A DNA stretch of 64,000 nucleotides from Candidatus Heimdallarchaeota archaeon B3_Heim (GCA_003144275.1 NJBF01000010.1:27861-91860); one strand, 5' to 3'. Positions 1 to 9,696 are shown, numbered from the stretch's first letter. The notes: a model not told the origin generated them from the sequence alone. Numbers and translations: made by a program.

Positions 1-209
1 TTTGAATAAATTCTGAATTAATAATTTTCCAGTTAAAACTATTCCCTTCTCATCCCAATAGGAAGTAAGCAATTGAATTTATTCAATTTTTGATAAATCT
101 ACTCTAGGTACGAATTGGATTTCACATTTTTCCTTCTGGAAATATGGTGTAATATTTAAGGAACTGAGACTCTAATATATCAGACCCCAATTTGAAATGG
201 AGATAAACT

Positions 210-1424
210 ATGTCGGATGAAGATGATAAGAAGTCTTCTCCCCAGGATAGCCCAGATTATACTTCCATACTTGAGAAACAAATAGAATCAGATATTACCG
301 CCATGGAAATGGAAGAATTCTATTTAAAGGCACAAGTGGATCTAGAAAATGCGCTAACTGATGGTGGTGATTTTCTTCACATTCTAGAAGATGCCTACTC
401 CCATTCCCATACAACAGAGGAGGAAGAACAGAAGAAATTCGAACAATTTGGGTTATTTCACTCTCAAAAAACTGAAGAAATTGTAATGTTAACATGTTTC
501 AAGGATTCTGGACGTCCTTTATTTGAGATTTGTCTCTCAGATAAGGCTAGCTGCCAAACTTCCTTGAGTTTTATTTTAAATGCTATGAAAAATTACGTTC
601 GATATAAACTTGGGGAACTCATTGAAGAATTATCCTTGGAATCTCAAACAATTCATTTCTTTGTGATCGAGGAGAAATACATAATTTCAATTGTCACAAC
701 AAAACAAATCACTAGAGACAGAATCGGACAACTCGCAGTACAGATTGTTACGATCATGAAACGGTACTCCGATGAGCGATTACGGGCAAGTACTGACTTT
801 AAACAAGAAGTACTAAAAACAATAGACGGTTTTCAAGCTTCTTTTGTTAAAGAACACCATACACTTAAAATAATTCTAATCGGAGACGGTGCAGTCGGGA
901 AAACATCGATTAGAAGACAATATCTGGGAGAAGGGTTCAGGAATGATTATCAGATGACCATAGGAGCTGATTTAGCAAGTAAAGAGTCACCTGTTTTATA
1001 TTCCGGTGGAAGGCAAGTCAAATACTTAATTTGGGATCTTGCTGGTCAGCCTCGGTTTGAAGGAGTCCGAAAAGCTTATTATATGTCCGCTATGGGAGCT
1101 ATTGTGGTTTTTGATACCACTCGTGTTGAGAGTTTTCAAAACACTGTTGGGTGGATGAATGAATTTTGGAAACTTAATGGTAGGGGACCAGTTCCTATTA
1201 TTATATTAGGAAATAAAGCGGATTTACGTGATGAAGGGGTAATGGGTGTTTCTGATGCAAAAGCTAGAAAATTTGCTAGTACACTCTCTCATGTGGCTAA
1301 ACAATATAGGGGTTTTGACATTCATTATCTCCCAACAAGTGCGAAAACAGGTTTAAATATCAATTTAGCATTTGAGTTATTGGGAGAGGCAGTAATGGAC
1401 TTTTTTGAATCAGTAAAGAAATGA
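210..1424 (+). CDS. Rab/Ras-like small GTPase with an N-terminal roadblock/longin-like extension of about 200 aa
   Basis: All five G motifs are present in the C-terminal half: G1 GDGAVGKTS, switch-I YQMTIGADL (Rab-type TIGxDF), G3 WDLAGQPRF, G4 GNKADL, G5 TSAKTG. The N-terminal 200 aa have an alternating beta/alpha pattern (EIVMLTCFKDSGRPLFEICL...) that resembles a roadblock/longin fold. Confidence 0.75.
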   Translation: MSDEDDKKSSPQDSPDYTSILEKQIESDITAMEMEEFYLKAQVDLENALTDGGDFLHILEDAYSHSHTTEEEEQKKFEQFGLFHSQKTEEIVMLTCFKDSGRPLFEICLSDKASCQTSLSFILNAMKNYVRYKLGELIEELSLESQTIHFFVIEEKYIISIVTTKQITRDRIGQLAVQIVTIMKRYSDERLRASTDFKQEVLKTIDGFQASFVKEHHTLKIILIGDGAVGKTSIRRQYLGEGFRNDYQMTIGADLASKESPVLYSGGRQVKYLIWDLAGQPRFEGVRKAYYMSAMGAIVVFDTTRVESFQNTVGWMNEFWKLNGRGPVPIIILGNKADLRDEGVMGVSDAKARKFASTLSHVAKQYRGFDIHYLPTSAKTGLNINLAFELLGEAVMDFFESVKK

Positions 1425-1616
1425 TGAACTGTGGTTCAGAGCTTTAAGAGAAATTCTGGGATTATAGGCGAATCACAGTGTACTACGGGTTTTTTCTCTT
1501 CCTAATTGTGAGGATTTTTTAAGCATAGCAAGTAATGTTAACCTGACTAAGAGATAAAATGATAGCGGAGTATGCTTGAAGAAAAGTAATCTTCCTCCCT
1601 ATTTCCATAGTTTTAG

Positions 1617-2360
1617 GTGAAATTAATGGATAGAGACTTTATATTAGCGAGAGAGGCACAATTAACATATTCTAATAATGCTGCATCGGGATTCAATCCA
1701 GTAGGAGAATCTCTTGTTCGTTGGCAAGGAACATTAACTTATACAACAAACAGGGGAAGGAATATGTTCACATTTGAGATTTTCCTCCCAGAGTACTTTC
1801 CCAATGTACCTCCAGTTGTAACTGCAATTGGGTGGATGGATCATCCAAATATTGATAAAGATGGATTTATTCAGTTACGGATTCTGGATAATTGGCGAGC
1901 GGAATTTCATCTCTACCAGGTGATTATTGCTTTAAAAAATCTCATGTCTCGTGTACCACCAACCCCACGCGGAGAAACAGCTAAGTCAGTACGCGATACT
2001 ATGGTGAGAATAACTGAACCAGCAATTGAAAACAGAGATTCTAGATCAGCTGCAGAAACAAAAGCATTACGTACAGAATTAACTGCGAAGAATGCTCAAT
2101 TAACTGCAAAGGATGAAGAATTGGCCAGATTAAGAGCTAGGTCCATGATGAGCTCCGAGGAGTCATCAAAGACTCTGAGAATGAAAGTTACCGATCAACA
2201 AGTGCTAGAATCTGAACGAATTGCCATTTCTGATCTCCTATCATCATTAGAAGATCGATATACTGCTGGTGAGATCTCAATCTTTGAATATTCACGTTTA
2301 TACAAGAAATATACCAAAGAGCTTTATTTACTCCGGAAACAGTTAGAATACTTGAGCTAG
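1617..2360 (+). CDS. ESCRT-I Vps23/TSG101-like protein: UEV (catalytically inactive E2 fold) domain plus a C-terminal coiled coil
   Basis: The N-terminal ~120 aa follow the TSG101 UEV layout (beta-hairpin 'tongue', conserved ...YFPNVPPVV...HPNIDKDGFIQLRILDNW... segment, no catalytic Cys). A long heptad coiled coil follows (TELTAKNAQLTAKDEELARLRAR). The gene sits in the ESCRT cluster. Confidence 0.55.
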   Translation: MKLMDRDFILAREAQLTYSNNAASGFNPVGESLVRWQGTLTYTTNRGRNMFTFEIFLPEYFPNVPPVVTAIGWMDHPNIDKDGFIQLRILDNWRAEFHLYQVIIALKNLMSRVPPTPRGETAKSVRDTMVRITEPAIENRDSRSAAETKALRTELTAKNAQLTAKDEELARLRARSMMSSEESSKTLRMKVTDQQVLESERIAISDLLSSLEDRYTAGEISIFEYSRLYKKYTKELYLLRKQLEYLS

Positions 2361-2369
2361 GTAAAAACA

Positions 2370-2990
2370 ATGTCATTTCCTCAAAACTTATCACACAGAT
2401 GGGATCTAGAAGCCCGATTATTTGCGAATATTGGGACTCTCGATTTAATTTCACGTACTTATGATCGTGGAGAGATCGATTCGAGTACATATCATAAACA
2501 GCATAGAACCCTTCTAACTAGTATTATAGAAACACGTGCAGAGTTAGAACAGTATAATTTTGATGTTGATAGATTTATTGAAGAAGAAGGAATTAGCCAA
2601 CTTTTCCCTTCGGGTCTTTCAAAACTCAAAATGACTGAAGGAGCCGGTGATAATGCCTATAGTCGAATTGATTATTCAAGCATAAAGAAACTTCCAACAA
2701 TTGCTGCGGAGTTTGTAGCAAATGCGATTGAATTACTAGATCTTCTACATTTAGAATCAATCGCAACTGTTGATCGAGTGTTACCCTATCTTGATGAAAT
2801 TCACGATATCTTAGTTAGAGTACCAATGTATGGAAATGATCATTGGGTAACACAGGACATAAATCAGTGGATTAACTGGATGGATAAACAAAAACCAGGA
2901 CAATTATTGAAAAACAAGGAGATTAAGAAATTAGAATTACAAGGTTCTCGCTGGCTTTCTGACTTCAGAAGGGAACTAAAAAATCTATAA
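2370..2990 (+). CDS. putative ESCRT-I Vps28-like helical protein
   Basis: 206 aa, predicted all-helical, starts 10 bp downstream of the UEV gene on the same strand. Size and position match Asgard Vps28 homologues. No diagnostic motif was recognised. Confidence 0.35.
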   Translation: MSFPQNLSHRWDLEARLFANIGTLDLISRTYDRGEIDSSTYHKQHRTLLTSIIETRAELEQYNFDVDRFIEEEGISQLFPSGLSKLKMTEGAGDNAYSRIDYSSIKKLPTIAAEFVANAIELLDLLHLESIATVDRVLPYLDEIHDILVRVPMYGNDHWVTQDINQWINWMDKQKPGQLLKNKEIKKLELQGSRWLSDFRRELKNL

Positions 2991-2999
2991 GAATCGTTC

Positions 3000-4346
3000 T
3001 TATAAAAGATTAGTTTTACCAGTTCTTATAAGCAGCTCTGTCCTTTCTTCAGCAATTTTCGCTAATTCAAATTCAAATTGTTTCAAGAGTTCGAAATATT
3101 CACGACCCGCTACTTTTTTACGGCCTTCTTTTAGTTCCTGTAAGGCTCGTTTTGATGCAAGTTCATGAATGCGCAAGTCTCGTAGTCTTTCCTCTAAAAA
3201 ACCATTAACAAAATCTGGGATATTCTCTGGACTCTTACTTGGAGGCTTATTGGAGGAAGATGGGGTACTTTTATGGTTCTGAAAATTTAATGCTGCAAGG
3301 ATTTTTTCCTGATAAATTTCCGAAGACCAATCACGGAATGGTTCATTGATATACAAGTCACTTGGACGACCTAGATAACTCAACTTCAGTGAATTGAATA
3401 TCCGAATAAGATTTTGAGCATCAGACTGTATGACAAAATCTCGTTTAATAGCAGTTATTAAAAGCTTATCCCGCTTTAAAAATCCAGAGTTCTTTTTTTG
3501 TACATCCATTAGCGCTTTGGGAGAGAATTCATCACAAATGATAGTTTTATGGCTTAAAACATTAGTCCTCTTTTTCTGAAGTAATACAATCCTATCCGTT
3601 GTAATAATTAAATCAATAGTAGTCTTCCTAAAGCTATCATTATTGAGATCTAAATTTGAAAAATAGCCAATACCCAATTCACCTGGGATTAAGACGAAAA
3701 TATCGAGACATCGGGCTAGGTGTTTTCGCGTTTCATCAAATAAATCACATTTTTTCTCTACTTGTTCTATAAGGGCGGAGATAGTTTCAAGTTTCGATAC
3801 AACCGTCTGATCAAAGCTCGCTATATGTTTTTGAAATAGAGAGATTTGCAAAGATGAGTTACGAAAAGAATTCTCCGATATTGGGTGACGTACTACATTA
3901 TGGTAGATTCTTTGGAGCTTTGAAGCATATTCCTGAAATTCATTCAAAGTAAAATTTTCAATTTTCTTTGTCTCTAGAAAGATTTTATCAATCAGATTGC
4001 CAGGAATGAGAAATTGTTTGCGAAAGGAACGTAATCTTGACTCCAATTGGCCAGTTCGTTTTAAGAGGATAACAGGACGATATCCTACGTGCTTGAGAGA
4101 TCGTTTAAGGACAAAAATTTCTTCTAATAAGTCCGCTTTTCCATTTTTAATGTGGTCAAATGCTTCAATATTTGGTGATCCACAGGAACACTTGAGTTGG
4201 GAACCAGTCATAAGAGATCGTGTTGCGCATTGTTGACAAAAAGTAGCACCGCAATCTAAACACTTGTGTACCTCCGAAGAAACGAGTGCTGAACCACAAA
4301 AGGAACAGTAACCCGTCGACTCAGAAGAAGACGAACTAAGACCCAA
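3000..4346 (-). CDS. zinc-ribbon protein with a long helical/PH-like C-terminal region, unknown function
   Basis: The N-terminus carries two Cys4 zinc ribbons (CSFCGS...CLDCGATFCQQC...CSCGSP). The remainder is helical with a beta-rich middle segment. It is convergent with the Vps28-like gene inside the ESCRT locus. Confidence 0.5.
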   Translation of the reverse strand: MGLSSSSSESTGYCSFCGSALVSSEVHKCLDCGATFCQQCATRSLMTGSQLKCSCGSPNIEAFDHIKNGKADLLEEIFVLKRSLKHVGYRPVILLKRTGQLESRLRSFRKQFLIPGNLIDKIFLETKKIENFTLNEFQEYASKLQRIYHNVVRHPISENSFRNSSLQISLFQKHIASFDQTVVSKLETISALIEQVEKKCDLFDETRKHLARCLDIFVLIPGELGIGYFSNLDLNNDSFRKTTIDLIITTDRIVLLQKKRTNVLSHKTIICDEFSPKALMDVQKKNSGFLKRDKLLITAIKRDFVIQSDAQNLIRIFNSLKLSYLGRPSDLYINEPFRDWSSEIYQEKILAALNFQNHKSTPSSSNKPPSKSPENIPDFVNGFLEERLRDLRIHELASKRALQELKEGRKKVAGREYFELLKQFEFELAKIAEERTELLIRTGKTNLL

Positions 4347-4687
4347 AGACGTTCCCTATCTATCATAGAATGAATGTAGATTTTTAAGTAAATATAACAT
4401 TACAGAAAGATGACAAGAAAGGAACAAGTAGAGGAGGAAAAGTTCTAGCGCTATTTTGAATTTATCATTTACTAAGAACCTGAAATTCCAATTCTTCCAG
4501 AAAAAGCAATATCCTCCTCATAAATCCCATTTTTCATCTTCCTACTCTCCATAGAGAACTGTTTCTTGACGAAAAGAATAAACAAATTCTCTACTCTGAT
4601 TTCTAGTATCGTATTGTAAAAAATTATAAATAAAGAACTTTGAAGTCTAATTGAACTTAACATAATTAAATCTCGAGGAACAATAAG

Positions 4688-5407
4688 ATGGGCCTTAGAC
4701 GTATAGAAGAGAAAATAACTCAGGAAGCGGCAATGAAGGTAAAGGGTAGTCAATTGGCCCTCTTGTCTCTCAATGAGATGAGTAAAAAGATAAGAAATTT
4801 ACACAAAGAACTTCAGAAGCTAGAATCTCAATATAAATCTGACATTAAGAAGAATCCCGACCTAGCCCAGAAGGTTATGAAACTAAGGGAGGAGCTAGGA
4901 CTTCCTCTTGCAATTGGAATATATGATGTAGGTAAAAAACCTTCATTCAAATCACGACTGCAGGGAAATGATGAATATATTAACTATTTAGGACTAAGAA
5001 TTATAGAGATTGGTAAACAGATACGGAATCATACAGGGGGTATCTTAAGCGTATCAGAATTAATCTTGAAACTTAATGATGAAAGTAAAGGAATTGTGGT
5101 TTCTATTTCAGACGTCAATAACGCTTTGGAACTTTTAACTTCGAATGGATTAATTCATCAGATACGAACACTCGTAGGAATGAAAATTATCGAGTTTATT
5201 GACCCAGAACTGACACAAGATCATCAACGTATACTTGAGTTGGCAGCACAGGCTAATGGCCAGCTTTCAATGACTGAATTAGTTCAAAAATCAACTTGGA
5301 CAATAGAACGAGTAGAACGATCTATAGAAGTTTTGATCAATAAAAAAGTAGCAATCAAATCTAATACCTTAGATGGCATATTAATATCATTTCCAGGTGT
5401 AGGATAG
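4688..5407 (+). CDS. ESCRT-II Vps22/EAP30-like protein (tandem winged-helix)
   Basis: 239 aa with an N-terminal helical hairpin followed by two winged-helix-like units, which is the EAP30 size and architecture. It lies directly upstream of two ESCRT-III genes and Vps4. Confidence 0.5.
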   Translation: MGLRRIEEKITQEAAMKVKGSQLALLSLNEMSKKIRNLHKELQKLESQYKSDIKKNPDLAQKVMKLREELGLPLAIGIYDVGKKPSFKSRLQGNDEYINYLGLRIIEIGKQIRNHTGGILSVSELILKLNDESKGIVVSISDVNNALELLTSNGLIHQIRTLVGMKIIEFIDPELTQDHQRILELAAQANGQLSMTELVQKSTWTIERVERSIEVLINKKVAIKSNTLDGILISFPGVG

Positions 5408-5606
5408 TTCTCTTACATTACAATACAGTCATTTAGAAATAATTTTATGCTTAAAAAGGTGTAAAACATTCTCCTATTCTCTCTGAATACTCTTCTGGTA
5501 ACATTTAGAGGAGCACTATAGTAAGTCTTAAGAAGAACTCCTTGTTTACCTAGCTTAAGATATTTAACTGAAAGAAGATACTCATTTCAGATAAGCTAGA
5601 TGAGAG

Positions 5607-6287
5607 TTGAAAATACAAGTGAAACGACTTAAAGGGTTTTTAACGGGATCGAAACCATCTTCATCAACTGAAACAAAAGCGAAGTTAAAAAGAACCATAA
5701 ATCAAATGGAAATAAAGGTAAAAAACTATTCAAGGCAATCTGATGAGCAATATGAGTTAGCACGTCGACTGTTAAAATCTGGGAACAAACCTGGAGCTCA
5801 ACAAGCTCTGAAGCGACGTGAGCTATATTTGACCCAGACAACGAACACTCATAGCAAGATAGCAAACTTACAACGTATCATTGAAACGCTTGATATTTCT
5901 GCAGATAACGTTACTTTAACAGAGACACTAGCGCAGGCACAAATTGCAATTGATAGCAATGTTGAAGCAGCTTCGCCTGAAAGGACAGAAGAAGTAATGA
6001 TGTCCTTAGAGGATTCCATAGAAATGGTTTCAGATATGGAGGACTCTCTTACAGATACCTCGATAACTGAAATCGGAATGGATGTTGAAGCAGATGATCG
6101 AATATCTATGCAAATGGCGGAATTAGAAGCGGAATTATCATCGGGTTCTCTTCCAGCAAGTGAAACAAGTGTTTCTGCAACACCTAGTTCCCCAATATCA
6201 GAAAACACCGCTGGAAAAAAACGTGAAGCAGACAAAAAGAAATTAGATGAGATGCGGAAACAGATTGAAGAAGGTTTGAGGTCATAA
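5607..6287 (+). CDS. ESCRT-III / Snf7-family protein (Vps20/32/60-like)
   Basis: Basic N-terminal helical hairpin (KAKLKRTINQMEIKVKNY...ARRLLKSGNKPGAQQALKRRELY) and an acidic C-terminal half (EDSIEMVSDMEDSL...ELEAELSS), as in Snf7/CHMP proteins. Tandem with a second paralogue and Vps4. Confidence 0.6.
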   Translation: MKIQVKRLKGFLTGSKPSSSTETKAKLKRTINQMEIKVKNYSRQSDEQYELARRLLKSGNKPGAQQALKRRELYLTQTTNTHSKIANLQRIIETLDISADNVTLTETLAQAQIAIDSNVEAASPERTEEVMMSLEDSIEMVSDMEDSLTDTSITEIGMDVEADDRISMQMAELEAELSSGSLPASETSVSATPSSPISENTAGKKREADKKKLDEMRKQIEEGLRS

Positions 6288-6289
6288 AC

Positions 6290-6904
6290 ATGGTTTTTGA
6301 TAAATTTGGTCAATGGCTTAAAGGTGGAGGAAGTGGAGCCAGTTCTACACGGAAGTGGATCGTTCGACTTCGAATGGTTGAAAAACGAATGTTACGTCAA
6401 CGGAAAAAATTGCTAAAAGAAGAAAAAAATATGTTAAAAGAAGTTGAGAAATCCATAGAAGATGGTGATATGTCAACTGCTAGACTATTAGCAAAGGATG
6501 TAGCCAAAAACCGTAATATGGCCCGCGCATGCCAACAAATGGCTAGCAGGGTAAAAGGGATCAAGTTTAAGTTAGAACAAGCAGCTGCTACACAAGCAAT
6601 TGGAAAGGATTTGAAAGGACTCGTACGCACACTTCATACAATGAATGCCGAATTAAAAATTCCACAGCTTGAAGGTGTTCTTCAACAAATGGAAATCGAA
6701 ACAGAGCGAGTTGATATTGCAACAGAAGCAATGGATGAAGGATTTGAGATGATGACAACCGATGGAGAAGAAGATGAAGTGGTTGAAAAAATCCTTGGAG
6801 AGATAAGCGCGTCTAAAGCAGCTACAGCTGATTTTGGTCTTCCTTCTCCCGATATACGGTCCCAAGAATTACAAAAAGAACTAGAAAAAATAAAGAAAAG
6901 CTGA
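6290..6904 (+). CDS. ESCRT-III / Snf7-family protein (Vps2/24/46-like) with a C-terminal MIM-like helix
   Basis: Shows the CHMP-like polarity (basic N-terminal, acidic C-terminal) and a C-terminal amphipathic helix (DIRSQELQKELEKIKK) resembling a MIM1 motif that would bind the Vps4 MIT domain. Start is 2 bp after the preceding ESCRT-III stop. Confidence 0.65.
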   Translation: MVFDKFGQWLKGGGSGASSTRKWIVRLRMVEKRMLRQRKKLLKEEKNMLKEVEKSIEDGDMSTARLLAKDVAKNRNMARACQQMASRVKGIKFKLEQAAATQAIGKDLKGLVRTLHTMNAELKIPQLEGVLQQMEIETERVDIATEAMDEGFEMMTTDGEEDEVVEKILGEISASKAATADFGLPSPDIRSQELQKELEKIKKS

Positions 6905-6956
6905 CTACAAATCACTTTTCTTCTTAAGTAGGTAAGTATGTTTACGTGGTGATACC

Positions 6957-8099
6957 ATGGGTTCTCCTTTATTTGAAGCAGCTAAAAAGAATGCTAGCTT
7001 GGCTTATAAGCTGGATCAAAGTGGACAGACTCAGCAAGCAGTCAAATATTATGTATCTGCAGCTGAACAGTTACAAAAACTCATTAATTTTACTGACGAT
7101 TCAAATATGAAAAATCTCTATTATCACAAAGCAATGGAATATATTTTGCGTGTGAAGGAAATTCGAGGAATAATCGAACCATCTGAAACCCCGACCCCTT
7201 CTTCCGCTCCATCCCCAAAAAGTGACGAAATTTCCGATGCTATTTCAAGTGTTATCGTTCGAGAGAAACCAAACGTGAAGTGGGAAGACGTTGCAGGAAT
7301 GGAGGAGGCTAAACGTGCATTAAGAGAAGCCGTCATCTTACCTATGTCTCGACCTGATTTATTCAAAGGTGCACGTAAACCATGGAAAGGAATTTTGATG
7401 TATGGTCCCCCTGGTTGTGGGAAAACTTATCTATGTAAGGCGGTAGCTTCTGAAGTGGAATCAACCTTTTTTTCAGTAAGTGCAGCGAATTTAATAAGTA
7501 AATGGTTGGGGGAGTCAGAAAAGCTCGTAAATGAACTCTATGAAAGAGCAGTAGAAGAAGCCCCGTCCATAATTTTCTTTGACGAAATCGATGCTTTGGC
7601 AGGAACACGAGGCGGGAGTTCTGAAGGAGAGGCAATGCGAAGAGTGAAAACACAACTATTACAAGCAGTAGAAGGTTTTGCTACTGGTGATGAACTACTG
7701 GTCACTATAGGAGCAACGAATACGCCTTGGGATATCGATGCTGCAATGCGTAGACGTTTTGAACGTCGTGTTTATGTAACACTCCCAGCAAGGGAAGCAA
7801 GGGAGGTAATGTTTTCAATTCATACAAAAGGGATTCCCATGGGTGCAGATGTTGATTTTAAAGCATTAGCTGAAATTACAGGCGGATATACGGCTGCAGA
7901 TATTGCTTTAGTGTGTCGTGAATCCTTGATGCAACCGATTCGTGAACTGGATGCAGAAGGGGCCCTAACCGATATGACTGTACAAGTACGAGCTCCGAAA
8001 GCAGTTGATTTTCATAATGCCATGATGCATATTCGTCCCTCAGTCGCTCCAGATGAGCTTGCGCGATATGATAAATGGCGCGATAAATTTGGAGGGTAG
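6957..8099 (+). CDS. vps4: Vps4-like AAA+ ATPase (MIT domain + AAA cassette)
   Basis: N-terminal three-helix MIT-like domain (AAKKNASLAYKLDQSGQTQQAVKYYVSAAEQLQKL), Walker A GPPGCGKTY, Walker B IIFFDEIDAL, second region of homology ATNTPWDIDAAMRRRF, and a C-terminal Vps4 helix. Confidence 0.9.
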   Translation: MGSPLFEAAKKNASLAYKLDQSGQTQQAVKYYVSAAEQLQKLINFTDDSNMKNLYYHKAMEYILRVKEIRGIIEPSETPTPSSAPSPKSDEISDAISSVIVREKPNVKWEDVAGMEEAKRALREAVILPMSRPDLFKGARKPWKGILMYGPPGCGKTYLCKAVASEVESTFFSVSAANLISKWLGESEKLVNELYERAVEEAPSIIFFDEIDALAGTRGGSSEGEAMRRVKTQLLQAVEGFATGDELLVTIGATNTPWDIDAAMRRRFERRVYVTLPAREAREVMFSIHTKGIPMGADVDFKALAEITGGYTAADIALVCRESLMQPIRELDAEGALTDMTVQVRAPKAVDFHNAMMHIRPSVAPDELARYDKWRDKFGG

Positions 8100-8141
8100 A
8101 GAAACCTCATCCATCTTTACCAATTCATGAGCTGTTAATGG

Positions 8142-8915
8142 ATGGCCGAATTACAACGAAAAAAGGAAAAGGTTGACAAGAAAAAAACTTCAGTTGATGT
8201 ACTTGAAGATGTACTTCAGCAAGTAACAGCAGACAAACCGAAATCAACTAAGATAGAAGCTCCAAAAATCAAACAAAAACCTTTAACGAATACTTTACCT
8301 TATTCCCAGTTTCATAAATCGCAATCAAAGGTCGAACAAACGATAACTGTGAAGTCCGAACGAATTTCATTAGCTGAGCTAAAACCTGGTACCGTTCATC
8401 CTAATGTAAAACCGATTTTACCTGGTTGGGTTACAAAGCCATGGCGATGGATGATTCCAGAGGATCCTGAATTAAAACAGCAGTGGTTGCTTACCTGGGG
8501 GGATTTCTTACTTGCATTTGCACGTGTGTTAAACCAACATATACTCGATCTCCAGGAAGTTAGCCTAGTCTACCCATTTCAAAATGGGGTACTTCATAAA
8601 AAGCTGTCAATTCCACAGTTAAAAGCTATTTCTGAGTATTTAATTGAGCAAGAAAATGCCTCATGGTGGGATACAGACGAAACACAACTTAGGGTATACT
8701 GGAAGACCCTCAATTCTTTTGCCGAGGAAATTTTCAATTATTCCTTCCAAAACGGATTTGAAATGATCACACTTTATGATATGGTCAAAATGAATCAGTC
8801 TTGGTCATCCCTTCCACCTAAGGATCTTGCTATTATTATGAAACTCATGGTAAAGTCAAAGAAAGCTACATGGGCGGACTCAGAACAGAAAACAATAGAA
8901 TTTGTTTTTTTTTAA
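8142..8915 (+). CDS. hypothetical protein at the end of the ESCRT locus (possible Vps25-like winged-helix protein)
   Basis: 257 aa, same strand and 42 bp downstream of vps4. Basic N-terminal tail followed by mixed alpha/beta. No motif recognised; the Vps25 suggestion rests on synteny only. Confidence 0.3.
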   Translation: MAELQRKKEKVDKKKTSVDVLEDVLQQVTADKPKSTKIEAPKIKQKPLTNTLPYSQFHKSQSKVEQTITVKSERISLAELKPGTVHPNVKPILPGWVTKPWRWMIPEDPELKQQWLLTWGDFLLAFARVLNQHILDLQEVSLVYPFQNGVLHKKLSIPQLKAISEYLIEQENASWWDTDETQLRVYWKTLNSFAEEIFNYSFQNGFEMITLYDMVKMNQSWSSLPPKDLAIIMKLMVKSKKATWADSEQKTIEFVFF

Positions 8916-9026
8916 TGTATCATTTCAGGTGTAAAAGACATCTACAAAACTTCTTAACATCGTTTTTTAATGGATTAACTGTCACTTAAATGCAGAAAGG
9001 ATTGATATTATAAGGAGTTTCTTCAA

Positions 9027-9680
9027 ATGACAACCCCTATACAAGAAGAAGAATTGCTCACGCCTCTAGAAGATTATTTAAAAGCAGGTGTCCACATTGG
9101 AACATCTAGCGGAATGAAAAGCATGGATTGGGCGATCTATCGTACTCGAAACGATGGGCTTTACGTTTTAGATGTCCATAAAACTGATGATCGTATACGT
9201 ACTGCAGCAAAATTCCTTGCACGTCAAGATACGTCACGAGTGGCTGCATGTAGTGTCAGGGCATACGGAATTTATCCTGTAGAAATGTTCTGCAAAGTGA
9301 CAGGAGCAGAGCCTATTACTGGAAGATTTATTCCGGGAATTTTCACGAATCCAAGCATCAAAGGAAGATATAATTTTATCGAACCCACTAGCATATTAAT
9401 TACTGATCCTCACTTCGATCATCAAGCTCTGAAAGAAGCTTATCGAATGGGAATCCCTGTTATTTCTCTTGTTGACACTGATAACACAATAAGTAATATT
9501 GATCTTGCTATTCCTTGTAACAACAAAGGGCGTAATTCCTTAGCCATGATATTCTGGTTATTAACAAAGGAAATTCTTAGAGAACGTGGTGAATTAACAC
9601 CAGAAAAAGATGCTCAATTAAGGGTAGAATTATTTAGAGCCCCACGAGGTCGACGACCCCTGAGCGATGATGGATTTTAA
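9027..9680 (+). CDS. rps2: 30S ribosomal protein uS2
   Basis: Archaeal S2 signature segments YLKAGVHIGT...DGLYVLDVHKTDDRIRTAAKFL...LITDPHFDHQALKEAYRMGIPVISLVDTDN. Confidence 0.85.
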   Translation: MTTPIQEEELLTPLEDYLKAGVHIGTSSGMKSMDWAIYRTRNDGLYVLDVHKTDDRIRTAAKFLARQDTSRVAACSVRAYGIYPVEMFCKVTGAEPITGRFIPGIFTNPSIKGRYNFIEPTSILITDPHFDHQALKEAYRMGIPVISLVDTDNTISNIDLAIPCNNKGRNSLAMIFWLLTKEILRERGELTPEKDAQLRVELFRAPRGRRPLSDDGF

Positions 9681-9696
9681 CAGGTGAATTAGCACT

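Noticed and set aside
295-495. Short ORFs on the strand opposite to long, well-supported genes. Examples: 295..495, 2188..2490, 3997..4236, 5629..5865, 5849..6313, 6397..6630, 6653..6915, 7124..7653, 10160..10363, 12456..12740, 13605..13859, 16742..17241, 22057..22314, 39119..39469, 47706..48554, 54528..55191.
   Set aside because: They are wholly embedded in, and antisense to, ORFs with strong family signatures. They have low-complexity composition (mirror images of the sense-strand codon bias) and no motifs. Treated as frame-shadow artefacts.
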